Source: an uncultured delta proteobacterium
GTDB taxonomy: Bacteria; Myxococcota_A; Polyangia; Polyangiales; JAFGIB01
Reading direction: 5' to 3'
DNA: 64,000 nt
Assembly (NCBI GenBank): GCA_963778655.1
Contig: CAVZVA010000011.1
Span: forward strand, 160,001-224,000
Positions within the stretch are counted from its first letter, which is position 1. Every line of letters begins with the position of its first letter. A program made the translations under genes and the position numbers. This document shows positions 31,072 to 42,303 of this stretch, one piece after another. Under the pieces are notes generated by a model that was not told where the DNA came from, did no database searches, and saw only the letters and a program-made list of their open reading frames with translations.

Positions 31072-33170
31072 GCCACACCTCCCGCGCTCAGCCGCGCGCT
31101 CTTGGCCACGAACACGTCGTCGAGCACGGCCGCGGCGTCGAGCACCAGCACCAGGCGCTGATCGCCGAGGTCGGTCGCCCCCGCGATCCCGCGCACCCCG
31201 CGCAGGCTCGCGCCGAGCGGCTTGATCACGATGTCCTGCTGCCCGGAGATGCGCTCGACCGCAACGCCCAGCCGCCGGTTGCCCACCAGCAGCACGACCA
31301 CGTGCTGGTCGTACGCGCTGACCTCGGGCTGGGAGAAGCGCAGCAGCTCGCCCAGGCGGCAAAGCACCAGCGTCGAGCCGCGCAGGTCCACGACCTCGCG
31401 CCCGTCGACCAGGCGGATCGCCTCCGGATCGAGCCGGACCACCTCCTGCACCGCAGCCAGCGGCAGCGCCATGGTGCGGCCGCGCACCGAGAACACCAGC
31501 GCGGAGATGATCGCGAGCGTGATCGGCAACGTGATCACGAAGGTGGTGGCGACGCCCGCCTCGCTGCGCACCTCGACCGTGCCGCCCAGCCGCTGCACGT
31601 TGGTGCGCACGACGTCCAGCCCAACGCCTCGGCCCGAGACATCGCTGACGGTGGCGCTGGTGCTGAGGCCGGGGACGAAGATCAGGTCCATCAGCTCCTG
31701 CGACGACAGCTCGCCGTGCTGCTCGGGACGCAGCAAGCCGCGCGCGATCGCGGTCTCGCGGATCTCCGCCGGGTCGATGCCGCGACCGTCGTCCCGCACC
31801 TGGACCACCACGTGGTTGCCCTTCTGGTAGGCGTGGATCTCGATGTTGGCTTGCTCCGGCTTGGCAGCCTGCCGCCGCGCCTCGGCGCTCTCGATGCCAT
31901 GGTCGACCGCGTTGCGCACCAGGTGCACGAGCGGATCGGCGATCTCCTCGGCGATCAGCTTATCGACCTCGGTGTCGGCGCCGCGCACCGCGAGCTGCAC
32001 GCGCTTGTCCTGCTCGCGGGCGAGCTGTCGCACCACGACCGCGAGCTTGTCGAACAGCTGCGACAGCGGGACCATGCGCACTTCGAGCACCGCGTCCTGG
32101 ACCACGCCCAGCCGCCGATCGAAGCTGCGTTGCGTGCGCTGGGCCTCGAGCACCAGCTCGGAGTGGCTGCCGCTGGCGCGCAGCTTCTCGAGCAATCGCG
32201 ACAGCGCGCTGCGCAGCATGCCGAGCTCGCCGACGGCGTTCATCAGGTGGTCGAGCTTGCGGATGTCCACGCGCACGACGCTGGTCAGCGAGCGCAGCGA
32301 GAGCTGGGTGGCGCGCGCCAGCGATTGCGCCGCTGCTCCTTGCTGCGTCGCGGCCGAGCCGGCCGGCTCGCCGGCCTCGGCAGACTCGGCCCGCGCTGCG
32401 CGCGCCGCGGCCTGGACGGCGCGGTGCCGGCGCACCGGGATCAGCCCTTCGGCCTCGGCGGCGAGCACGTCGCGCAGATCCTCCTCGGAGGCGCCGCTGG
32501 CCAGCAGCAGCTCCAAGCCGATGGTATCCGCAGAGTCCTGGTCGGCGCTCGGCAGCAGGCTGATGATCTCGGCGCGCGCGCCGATGCGCTGCTTGAGCTC
32601 CTTGAGCGCGCTCTCGATCCCGTCCAGAGGCACGCCCAGGCGCAGCCGATAGACGTCGTGGCCGCGCTCGACGTGGACCTGCAGGCGATGCGCCTCGTAC
32701 TCGGTGAGCACCGCAAGCATCGAAGGGTCGAAGTCGTAGTCGTCGAGCGTGGCGTGCCGAACGGCCGCTGCGGTCATCGCCGAGCGCACCCGGGGCTCGA
32801 ACGCTTCCAGATCGAAGACCGCGGGCGCCTGCGGCTGTTTGGCCTCGAGCAACAGCTGCTCGAAGGCCTCGATGCCCTCGAACAGGGCGTCCATCGCATC
32901 GGGGCTGAGCGCGCAGCGCCCCAGGCGCACCTGGTCGAGCAAGTCCTCGAGCAGGTGGGCGAGCCGGCCAATGCGCTGGAAGCCGAACATACCCGAAAGG
33001 CCCTTGAGCGTGTGCACACCGCGGAAGAGCGCGCTCAGCAGGTCGGGGTCGGGCTCGCCGTCGCGCCTTCCCTGGTCCAGCAGCAACAGGTCGCGCGCCA
33101 GGTTCTCGATCAGCTCTTGGGCCTCGGCCAGGAACTCGTCACGGGCATGCTCGTCGTTCTGACTGGCCAT
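31068..33170 (-). CDS. cheA: Chemotaxis histidine kinase CheA
   Basis: Hpt FRGVHTLKG, VRVDIRKLD, HLVRNAVDHG, DDGRGID, SGRGVGLDVV, C-terminal CheW domain. Confidence 0.96.
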   Translation of the reverse strand: MASQNDEHARDEFLAEAQELIENLARDLLLLDQGRRDGEPDPDLLSALFRGVHTLKGLSGMFGFQRIGRLAHLLEDLLDQVRLGRCALSPDAMDALFEGIEAFEQLLLEAKQPQAPAVFDLEAFEPRVRSAMTAAAVRHATLDDYDFDPSMLAVLTEYEAHRLQVHVERGHDVYRLRLGVPLDGIESALKELKQRIGARAEIISLLPSADQDSADTIGLELLLASGASEEDLRDVLAAEAEGLIPVRRHRAVQAAARAARAESAEAGEPAGSAATQQGAAAQSLARATQLSLRSLTSVVRVDIRKLDHLMNAVGELGMLRSALSRLLEKLRASGSHSELVLEAQRTQRSFDRRLGVVQDAVLEVRMVPLSQLFDKLAVVVRQLAREQDKRVQLAVRGADTEVDKLIAEEIADPLVHLVRNAVDHGIESAEARRQAAKPEQANIEIHAYQKGNHVVVQVRDDGRGIDPAEIRETAIARGLLRPEQHGELSSQELMDLIFVPGLSTSATVSDVSGRGVGLDVVRTNVQRLGGTVEVRSEAGVATTFVITLPITLAIISALVFSVRGRTMALPLAAVQEVVRLDPEAIRLVDGREVVDLRGSTLVLCRLGELLRFSQPEVSAYDQHVVVLLVGNRRLGVAVERISGQQDIVIKPLGASLRGVRGIAGATDLGDQRLVLVLDAAAVLDDVFVAKSARLSAGGVA

Positions 33171-33222
33171 CGCGCACAGGCGCCGGCTGCCACACGCAGC
33201 CGTTTCACTAATCGTAGCCCTT

Positions 33223-33567
33223 TTAGCGCGAAAAGGTCCGCTGCTCGGGCTGTTCGCTCGCGCATTCGGCGCAGGCGCATAGCCGGCGCAAGTAACCGAA
33301 GGCGTAGATGCCGGTGGCGTGACCATCACCCCATGTCAGGCGAAGCGCATAGTTCCCCACTTCGCCGATGTCGGTGAGCTCGAGGTCTCCGCCCTCCACG
33401 AAGTGGATCGGGCCGCTGTGCCCCTGACAGCGCGCGCAGGGGCAATAGCCCCGCAGCAGGGCGTGTGGGTACACCCCCAGATGCCCATCCGCGAACAGGA
33501 TCTCCATTACCCGTGCGCCGTGGGGCGCCCGCACCTCGAGCGGAACGCAGGCCTCGTCGTGCTCCAT
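33223..33567 (-). CDS. DUF971 (GBBH-like N-terminal) small Zn-binding protein
   Basis: LRGYCPCARCQGH, VGNYALRLTWGDGHATGIY. Confidence 0.88.
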   Translation of the reverse strand: MEHDEACVPLEVRAPHGARVMEILFADGHLGVYPHALLRGYCPCARCQGHSGPIHFVEGGDLELTDIGEVGNYALRLTWGDGHATGIYAFGYLRRLCACAECASEQPEQRTFSR

Positions 33568-33568
33568 T

Positions 33569-34318
33569 TCAACCTCCACCGGACGAAAGCGCCGCCGCGG
33601 CGAGCGCGCGCCCGATCCGCTGCTCGACGAACGAGCGCAAGGCCTCGCGCGCCTGCGCCAGCTCGGGCGCAGGGCAGGCCTCGACCGCGGCCGCGCGCCA
33701 CTCCGGGCCGAGCGCACGACCGAGCTGCGCGCGCACCCCGGCGCCCAGGCGGTGGGCCGCGCCGCCGCAGCCCCGACACACCAGGTGCCCGAGCCGGGTG
33801 TCGAACAGCGCGGCCTGGCCGGGGGCCGGGCGCTTGCCGCAGCGGCCGCACGCGTCGAGCCGGGGCGCAAAGCCGACCAACGCCAGCAGCCGCACCTCGA
33901 AGCACAGCAACACGCGCTCCGGGCCGCTGTCCTCGGCGTCGAGCGCCGCGAGCAACTCGAGCGCGGTGGCGAAGACCGGGGGGTCGGGCTCGTGCTCCGC
34001 GCTCAGCTCGCGCAGCAGCTCGAGCGCGGCGAAGCCGGCGCCGATGCGTCCGAGGTCGCCGAGGATGCGCGGAAACGCGCGGGTCGGGTGGGCCTGCAGC
34101 AGGGTGCCGAGCTGCCCCGAGCCGCCGCGCAGCTCCACCCCGAGCAGCACGAACGGCTCGAGCGCGCCGCCGAAGCGCTTCTTGCTGCGCCGCGCGCCGC
34201 GCGCGATGAACGACGCCTTGCCCATGCGGCTGGTCAGCAGAGTGACGATGCGATCGGCGTCGGCGTAATCGACGCTGCGCAGCAGCAGGGCCTCGCTGAC
34301 CTCGCCTCGAGCGGACAT
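33569..34318 (-). CDS. recO: DNA repair protein RecO
   Basis: DYADADRIVTLLT..GK..ARGARRSKKRFGGALEPF, CGRC..CRGC. Confidence 0.95.
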   Translation of the reverse strand: MSARGEVSEALLLRSVDYADADRIVTLLTSRMGKASFIARGARRSKKRFGGALEPFVLLGVELRGGSGQLGTLLQAHPTRAFPRILGDLGRIGAGFAALELLRELSAEHEPDPPVFATALELLAALDAEDSGPERVLLCFEVRLLALVGFAPRLDACGRCGKRPAPGQAALFDTRLGHLVCRGCGGAAHRLGAGVRAQLGRALGPEWRAAAVEACPAPELAQAREALRSFVEQRIGRALAAAALSSGGG

Positions 34319-34389
34319 GCAAGCGCGCCCAGTATGGGGCCGGCGAGCCCGCGGCGCACCAGCTGCACGCCGCCAGCGGCTCTCGGACT

Positions 34390-34412
34390 CACAGCAAGGC
34401 GGCGATACGGCG
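34390..34412. repeat. Degenerate family A left arm (copy 5)
   Basis: CACAGCAAGGCGGCGATACGGCG; the first 14 nt are identical to copy 3. Confidence 0.45.
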
Positions 34413-34446
34413 GTTCGCAAGCTCGATCAGGGTTCATCGGCGCACG

Positions 34447-34980
34447 CTACGACGCGGGAGCGTAGCGACCCTCGCGGGAGCGTGGGGCCCCGACGGCTTT
34501 GCCGGTGCAGCGGGAGGGGCGCGTGCCCGGCTGCCATGGTGAAGCCACCCGCTCGACGACCAGCGCGCCACCCGCGCCACCCTCGATCGCGGACAGCTCG
34601 AGCGGCGCGTCGCGGTGGCGCGGCCGGAGCACGATCGACAGCGCCAGGGTGAACAGGATGAGCAGGATGAACAGGGCGATCGCGATGCCGAAGCGCCGCC
34701 CCGATTCTGGCGCATAGACGGCGGGCAGGGCCGGCGGAGGCTCGGGCGTCTTGCGCCCGCCGTAGCGCGCCAGCACGTGCTCCTCGTCGAGACCCAGGGC
34801 GCGGGCGTAGGAGCGCAGGAAGCCGCGCACGAACACGTCGGCGGGCAGCTCTGCCTGCTCGTCTTGCTCGAGTTGCTCGAGGATGCGAACCGGGATGCGC
34901 GTGGTCTGGGCGAGCTCCGCGATCGAAACCTGCCTCTGCTCTCTTTCCCGTTTGAGATAGCTTCCCAGTGACCCTGTCAT
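34447..34980 (-). CDS. RodZ-like HTH protein with one TM segment
   Basis: LGSYLKREREQRQVSIAELAQTTRI..VFVRGFLRSYARALGLD, followed by a TM helix. Confidence 0.85.
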   Translation of the reverse strand: MTGSLGSYLKREREQRQVSIAELAQTTRIPVRILEQLEQDEQAELPADVFVRGFLRSYARALGLDEEHVLARYGGRKTPEPPPALPAVYAPESGRRFGIAIALFILLILFTLALSIVLRPRHRDAPLELSAIEGGAGGALVVERVASPWQPGTRPSRCTGKAVGAPRSREGRYAPAS

Positions 34981-35029
34981 CACACTCTCCGTGGCCCCAC
35001 GTGGGGTCCGGTTCGCGCTGCCCGTCGCG

Positions 35030-35872
35030 TCAATACGTGGCCTCCAAGTACCGACTGCACGACTTGCCCGCCTCGGTGTGCGCGTCCAGCTCCACGCAAC
35101 GCTCGAAGTCGCCCCGGGCGTCGTCGCGCAAACCGAGATTCATGCGCGCTTCCCCACGCAAATGCCAAGCATCCTGAAAGCTGCTGCAGCGCTTATCGGC
35201 CTCGATCGCCTGGGTCAGAGCCTGCTCCGCCTTCTCGTAGTCGTGGGTGGCGAGGTAGGCGCTGCCGAGCCGATAGTACCCCACGCAGAAGCGCGGTAAT
35301 AGGCGCACCGCACGCAGCAGCGCGTCGATCGCCTTGGGGTACTGCTTCATCTGCAGGTAGGCCCAGCCGAGGTTGCCCCAGGCCATGTAGGCGTCCCGGT
35401 TGAACAGGTCGGCGACCGACTTGTTCAGCTGCGCCACCGCTTCCTCATAGCGACCCTGGTGGATGTAGAGCACGCCCAGGCCGTTGTGCGCATCGGAGAC
35501 CAGGGTCTCCTCGGACTGGCGCTGGTCGGAGGCCTGGATCTTGAGCACCTGCTGGAAGTGGGCCTCGGCCTTGGCGTCGTAGTCACGCGGGCTGTCGTCG
35601 CGCGCGATCAGGAACATGGTGCCGAGCAACAGGTGAGCCTTGGCGTTATTGGGATCGATCTCGATCGCCTTGAACAGCGCCTGGAAGGCACCGGGCGCGT
35701 TGCCTTCTCCGTGCAGTCCTATGGCGAGCTCGTATTGCTTCATCGATCGGTCCGCGTCCTGCGCTGACACCCCTTTGCCCTGGCAAGCTGCAAGCAAGAT
35801 CACCATGGCCGCGCGGCAGACAGCACCGGCTAGCCGGCCGCCGGGCGACCGGGCGAGGCTGCGCGTCAGCAC
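35030..35872 (-). CDS. tgl: TPR lipoprotein, Tgl/PilF-like type IV pilus secretin pilotin
   Basis: Lipobox LLAAC, several TPRs (AHNGLGVLY, AWGNLGWAY), Cys-containing PRFCVG and C-terminal GKSCSRYL; lies upstream of the rodZ-like gene and recO. Start uncertain. Confidence 0.72.
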   Translation of the reverse strand: MLTRSLARSPGGRLAGAVCRAAMVILLAACQGKGVSAQDADRSMKQYELAIGLHGEGNAPGAFQALFKAIEIDPNNAKAHLLLGTMFLIARDDSPRDYDAKAEAHFQQVLKIQASDQRQSEETLVSDAHNGLGVLYIHQGRYEEAVAQLNKSVADLFNRDAYMAWGNLGWAYLQMKQYPKAIDALLRAVRLLPRFCVGYYRLGSAYLATHDYEKAEQALTQAIEADKRCSSFQDAWHLRGEARMNLGLRDDARGDFERCVELDAHTEAGKSCSRYLEATY

Positions 35873-36029
35873 GGTCGGATCGTTTACCGGGGCCCGGGTA
35901 GCCGGGTCAATAGCAAAGGATTCCTTGTAATACATAAATTCTTCTTTCGGGATTTTGTCCCGCCAGCGGCGGAAGAAGGATGAGGACCGGCTCGCGCGGG
36001 CTGCGCCGCCCGGTCGACGCTCGATCGCG

Positions 36030-36992
36030 CTAGCCCGAGCGGCCCGCGGCGACCGCGGCCAGTAGCTCCGCGAGCAGGCTCGCGGCCAGCAGCGCGGTGT
36101 TGCCGCTGGCGTCGTGATCGGGCGAGATCTCGACCACGTCGCAGCCTGCGATGGGAAGCGCGCGCAACGCGCGCACCAGGCTCAGCGCCTCGTAACTGCT
36201 GAGCCCGCCGGGCACGGGCGTACCGGTGCCCGGCGCATATGCCGGGTCGAGCGCGTCCATGTCGAAGCTGACGTAGAACGGGCCGTGGTCGCGCGGGAGC
36301 CGCGCGAGCTCCGCCTCGACCCCGGACAGATCGCGCTTGACCTCGTCCACCATCACGATGCGGAAGCCGAGCGCCCGCGCGGTGTCGAGATCGCCGCCGC
36401 TGGTGAACGGGCCGCGGATGCCGATCTGCACCACGTCGCCGCGACGCAGCAAGCCTTCCTCGGCCGCGTTGCGAAACACGGTGCCGTGGTGCAGGTCGAT
36501 GTCCCACGCCGGCCCGAAGGTGTCGCTGTGCGCGTCGAAGTGCACCAGCCCGAGCGGGCCGTGGACGGCGTGGAGCGCGCGCAGGGCGCCCAGGCTGATG
36601 CTGTGGTCGCCGCCGACCAGCGCGGGCAGCGCGGAGGCGGCCGCGATCTGGGCGACGCGCGCGCGAATGCTCTCGAGGCTGCGCTCGATGCTCATCGGCA
36701 CGCAGGCCACGTCGCCGCCGTCGGCGCAGCGCAGGCGCTCGAACAGGTCGAGCCCCTGGGCCGGCTGAAAGCCGCGCGTCAGCGCGCTCGCCACACGCAC
36801 CGCGCGCGGCCCGAAGCGGGCGCCTGGCCGGAAGGTGGTGCCGCCGTCGAACGGCGCCCCGCAGATCAGCACGTCGACGTCGGCCGGGTCATCGTGCAGC
36901 GGCAGGCGCAGGAAGGTCGGCACGCCGGCGAAGCGCGGTACCAAGCGCGGCGAGACGGGACGAAAGCGCTCGCGGTCGTCCTCATCAGTCAC
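36030..36992 (-). CDS. speB: Agmatinase (ureohydrolase family)
   Basis: RPGARFGP, GGDHSI, HFDAHSD, SFDMDALDPAYAPGTGTP. Confidence 0.9.
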   Translation of the reverse strand: MTDEDDRERFRPVSPRLVPRFAGVPTFLRLPLHDDPADVDVLICGAPFDGGTTFRPGARFGPRAVRVASALTRGFQPAQGLDLFERLRCADGGDVACVPMSIERSLESIRARVAQIAAASALPALVGGDHSISLGALRALHAVHGPLGLVHFDAHSDTFGPAWDIDLHHGTVFRNAAEEGLLRRGDVVQIGIRGPFTSGGDLDTARALGFRIVMVDEVKRDLSGVEAELARLPRDHGPFYVSFDMDALDPAYAPGTGTPVPGGLSSYEALSLVRALRALPIAGCDVVEISPDHDASGNTALLAASLLAELLAAVAAGRSG

Positions 36993-37856
36993 AGTCCGCC
37001 TCCTCCTGCCGCATCCCCGGCAATGGCTCTTGGACGAACGCCCCTTCCGGCACCTCGACGTCGAGGGCGATCTGCTTGAAGCGGATCAAGGTATCGCGAT
37101 CGGCTTGCGGCTGCTCGACTCGCACCTCGAAGGGCATCGCGATTTTGCCGCTCCCGGCCTGCACGGAGCGGTAGTGGTCGTAGTCGATGCGCCACAGGCT
37201 GCGGCCCCGCGCGTCGAACACCTCCGAACGCTTCAGGCGCAGCTGCTGGCGGGCGGGCGGCAGCGCGGCGTCCCGCTCCGAGATCGCCAGCTCGACCTGC
37301 TGGCGCCGGCCGTCGCGGGCGCGCAGCGTGATGCGGTAGAAGCCGTCGTCGTCCCACTCGATGCGCGCGCTGTCGTGCGCGAGCAACGGCGTGCCGCCCA
37401 GCAGCAGCTGCGTGGTCTGCTCCACGTCGAGCGGCAGGTTGAGCAAGCGGGCGATGTTCTTGGGGCAGGTGGGCCCGGTCAGGAAACGCCGGTGGCGCAG
37501 ATCGGCATAGGCGAAGCGCTCGCCGTCGCTGGTCAGAATCGCGGCCGGGCCGATCTGGGTCATGGCATCGAAGCGCACGTGCGCGGGCCGCTGCACGTAC
37601 ATCAACACGGTGCCCTTCACGCGCCCGCCCTGTCCGCGCTGATCGACCCGCGCCTCGGCGCGCAGCGACTGCACATGCTGGCGCGCGCCGCGCTGCTGAT
37701 CGAGCGCACGCGTCGGATCGGCGAAGAGCTGCGCGGGTCGCGGAAAGCTGGCGCACGCCGGCAGCAGCAACGCCGCGCAGACCACCCAGCCCGCCCGCAA
37801 AGCCGGCCCGAGCAGGTTCCGAATCCGCGCACAGAGCCGAAGCGTCAGCCGGAGCA

Positions 37857-37857
<1 letters not shown>
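36985..37857 (-). CDS. Lipoprotein, LolB/DUF4292-like
   Basis: Lipobox LLPAC followed by a beta-rich domain (SLRAEARV..VRFDA); coupled between the YitJ-like gene and speB. Confidence 0.65.
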
Positions 37858-39731
<1,874 letters not shown>

Positions 39732-39837
39732 CGAACGGGGCAACCATGCGCCCCGCTCGAAAAGCGGTCAAGGAAGCCCGCCGCCGCGCCGCGGGCGCGC
39801 ATTCGACGGCGGACGGGGGTTGCGGTATGCAGCGGGC

Positions 39838-40767
39838 GTGCGAGCGAACGACGAGCGCGCGCGCGTGCAGCTCCCCGATCGCGCGGCCGACCGGCCGAAG
39901 GCGGCGCTCGTGCTGGCGGTGGCGCTCGGCGCGTTGGGCGCAGGGGTGGCAGTGGCCTATGGCCTGCAGGGCGGCGGGAGCGGCGAGTCGCACGCGAGCG
40001 TGGAGCTGCAGCGGCAAGCGCGCGCCGGAGGCGGGACGGACGCGGGGACGAGCGTGCTGGCGTTGGCCGGGGCGCCGCGCGACGCAGGCGGCAGCGGCGG
40101 CAGCGGGGAGAGCGCGGAGGCGCTACCGAGCGCGGAAGCGGAGACGGGTGTGCCGGACGCAGGCGCGCGCGCGGCCGCGATTGCCAGCGGGCGGGCGAGC
40201 ACCGGCGAGCAGGCGCAGGCGCGCGCGGGCGAGGCCGCGACGACGATCAACGGGAGCACTGGAGCTGGAGCGGGGCCCGTGCCGGAAGCGCCGGAAGGGG
40301 AGCCGGAGCCGAAGGCGCCGGCAGCGAGCACGGGGGTGGTGGCGGAGGGTACGAGCGCGCGTGCGAGCGCGGGATCGAGCACGGCTACGAGCACGAGCAC
40401 GGGTGCTAGCGCGGGGGGCGTGGGGGCGCAGCGGGTGGGGGTGGGGTTCGTCGACTACCACGTCTGTGAGGGCTTGCCGCAGCGCGGCGGGCGCTTCCCT
40501 TGTCCGCGCGATCAGAAGCTCGAGCGCCAGGTGTTTGGCATCTTGCGCGGGCTGGAGGACTGCGCTGCGCTCGCCGGCCAGCGTGGCGAGGGCGAGATCC
40601 GACTGACCTTCGGTCGCAGCGGCGTGCCTGCGCTGCGCGTCGGTGGCCCGGCCACGCAAGTCGATCCCACCGCTGTGTTCAAATGTGCGGGTCACGCCCT
40701 GTCGCGCGTGCGCACGGTGCTGAGGCCGGAGCGAATGGTGGTGCGGTTCCGCTTCGACCTGCGTTGA
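39838..40767 (+). CDS. Hypothetical membrane-anchored protein: N-terminal TM, Ala/Gly/Ser linker, Cys-containing C-terminal domain
   Basis: TM ALVLAVALGALGAGVAVAY, low-complexity linker, C-terminal domain with four Cys. Start uncertain within ORF 39649..40767. Confidence 0.65.
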   Translation: MRANDERARVQLPDRAADRPKAALVLAVALGALGAGVAVAYGLQGGGSGESHASVELQRQARAGGGTDAGTSVLALAGAPRDAGGSGGSGESAEALPSAEAETGVPDAGARAAAIASGRASTGEQAQARAGEAATTINGSTGAGAGPVPEAPEGEPEPKAPAASTGVVAEGTSARASAGSSTATSTSTGASAGGVGAQRVGVGFVDYHVCEGLPQRGGRFPCPRDQKLERQVFGILRGLEDCAALAGQRGEGEIRLTFGRSGVPALRVGGPATQVDPTAVFKCAGHALSRVRTVLRPERMVVRFRFDLR

Positions 40768-40933
40768 GGGCAGCCTGGGGACCGGTTTTGCCGGTCTTCA
40801 AGCTAACTGCAGAAAAGTGCGGGGGAATTCATCCTGAGCAGGAATTGGCCGTGCCAGTGGCCCACAAATTTTTCGCCCGCGCCGCACCATGGGACCTTTG
40901 CCGCCGCTTGGCCGTGTGCTAGTTTCAGACTTC

Positions 40934-41188
40934 GTGGATGTCGTGTTGCGCAAGCTCGGGCGCAAAGGTGGACGGGTGGTGGCCGGCCGTCTCATCAGAC
41001 CCCCGCGCAATGGCTCCGTCGTAGTGATCGAGTTTCCGGACGGGCTGCACGAGTACGTGACCACCCCGGTCAAGCGCGTGCTGCGCCTGGTCGGTGACGA
41101 GGTCTTCTTTCTGCAGACCGCGAACAGCTGCTATCGGCTCGAGATCCGCTCTGGCAACAACCTGGTGGCCGACACGGCCGTCAAGTAG
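40934..41188 (+). CDS. Small hypothetical beta-rich protein
   Basis: Protein-like ORF VDVVLRKL..GRLIRPPRNGSVVVIEFPDGLHEYVTTPVKRVL..QTANSCYRLEIR after an AT-richer promoter-like patch. Start could be 40889. Confidence 0.7.
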   Translation: MDVVLRKLGRKGGRVVAGRLIRPPRNGSVVVIEFPDGLHEYVTTPVKRVLRLVGDEVFFLQTANSCYRLEIRSGNNLVADTAVK

Positions 41189-41239
41189 CCGCGGCTGCCT
41201 CTGTAGACGCTGCCGCTATCTATGGCTCTGCGGCTGCCT

Positions 41240-42061
41240 CTATAGCTGGAGCGCGCACAGCTTGACCACCAGCGCGTCGAGGATCTCCTGCAGCCGCGCC
41301 AGCTCGGCGGGCTTGCGCGTGCAGGTGCGCTCGTCCACGTAGAGGGCGCGGTTGAGCTCGATCTGAATCGCGTGCCAGCCCTCGCGGGGCCGTCCGTAGT
41401 GGCTGGTGGTGTAGCCGCCGCGGTAGGGGTCATCGTGGCGCACGCTCAGCCCTGCGGCCCGGAAGTGCGCGTCGACCAGGTCGATGATGCGCGGATCGGC
41501 GCTGGTGCGGCCGCAGCTGCCGGGCACGACGTCCGCGCGCCGCACCCCAGGATCGGTGTGCATAGAGCGCCCGAGCGAGGGCATGGAGTGGCCGGCGAGC
41601 ACGATCGCGTGGCCGAAGCGCTCGCGCAGCTCCTCGAGCGTACGGCGTAGCGCCCGGTGATAGGGCAAGTAGTAGTGCTCGAAGCGCGCCAGCAGCTGCT
41701 GGTAGCTCAGAGGGCGCGCTAGGATCGGACGCCCGTCGGTGGTGGTGCGCCAGACCACGCCACGCGGTTGGGCTCCAGCCGGCGTGGGATGGTCGGTGAC
41801 GGTGGCCGCGTCGACGTCGTCTTGGGCGCGGTTGAGGTCCACGACGTAGCGCGAGACACGCGCCACCAGCAGCGTGGCTCCCTTGCTCGGAGCGTGCGCG
41901 TAGAGCTCGTCGACGTAGATGTCCGCGTCGCGCAACACGGCGTCCTCGGGCGCGAGCAGCTGATCGCGCACCGCCTCGGGCAAAGACAGCCCCGCATGCG
42001 GCACTTCGACCAGCAGAGGTCGTGCGCCCACCTCGGGCAAGGTGAGGTCAAAGGCACTCAC
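41240..42061 (-). CDS. N-formylglutamate amidohydrolase family
   Basis: VEVPHAG, DADIYVD, SRYVVDLNR, YYLPYH, HSMPS, PYRGGYTT..YG, IQIELNRALY. Confidence 0.92.
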   Translation of the reverse strand: MSAFDLTLPEVGARPLLVEVPHAGLSLPEAVRDQLLAPEDAVLRDADIYVDELYAHAPSKGATLLVARVSRYVVDLNRAQDDVDAATVTDHPTPAGAQPRGVVWRTTTDGRPILARPLSYQQLLARFEHYYLPYHRALRRTLEELRERFGHAIVLAGHSMPSLGRSMHTDPGVRRADVVPGSCGRTSADPRIIDLVDAHFRAAGLSVRHDDPYRGGYTTSHYGRPREGWHAIQIELNRALYVDERTCTRKPAELARLQEILDALVVKLCALQL

Positions 42062-42303
42062 GAGCCTCGGTGTAGCACGAGATGGTCGGGTTGCCTCATG
42101 GGGCCGGTCCGGCGGCGCCGAACGTCGCGAGGCTGCCAGCGCGCGCCCGCAGCGACGATCGACGGCGGCGCGACGCGGGGTGGCCACTTGCGCACATTTC
42201 AACCGACACGCCGAGCAGCCCGCCGCGTTCGCGCTTCGTGACGCCGGCTCAAGCCGTGTATGATGACCTTGCAGCTCCAACGCTCAACAATGGCAAATCG
42301 CGC

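Noticed and set aside
9531..33170. Flagellar motility system (FlhA-like gene plus che genes)
   Set aside because: There are no other flagellar genes, the two loci are 16 kb apart, and the likely host lineage is non-flagellated.
41191..41245. Short imperfect direct repeat GCGGCTGCCTCT(G/A)TAG between convergent genes
   Set aside because: Only two 16-bp copies; probably local slippage, not an array.
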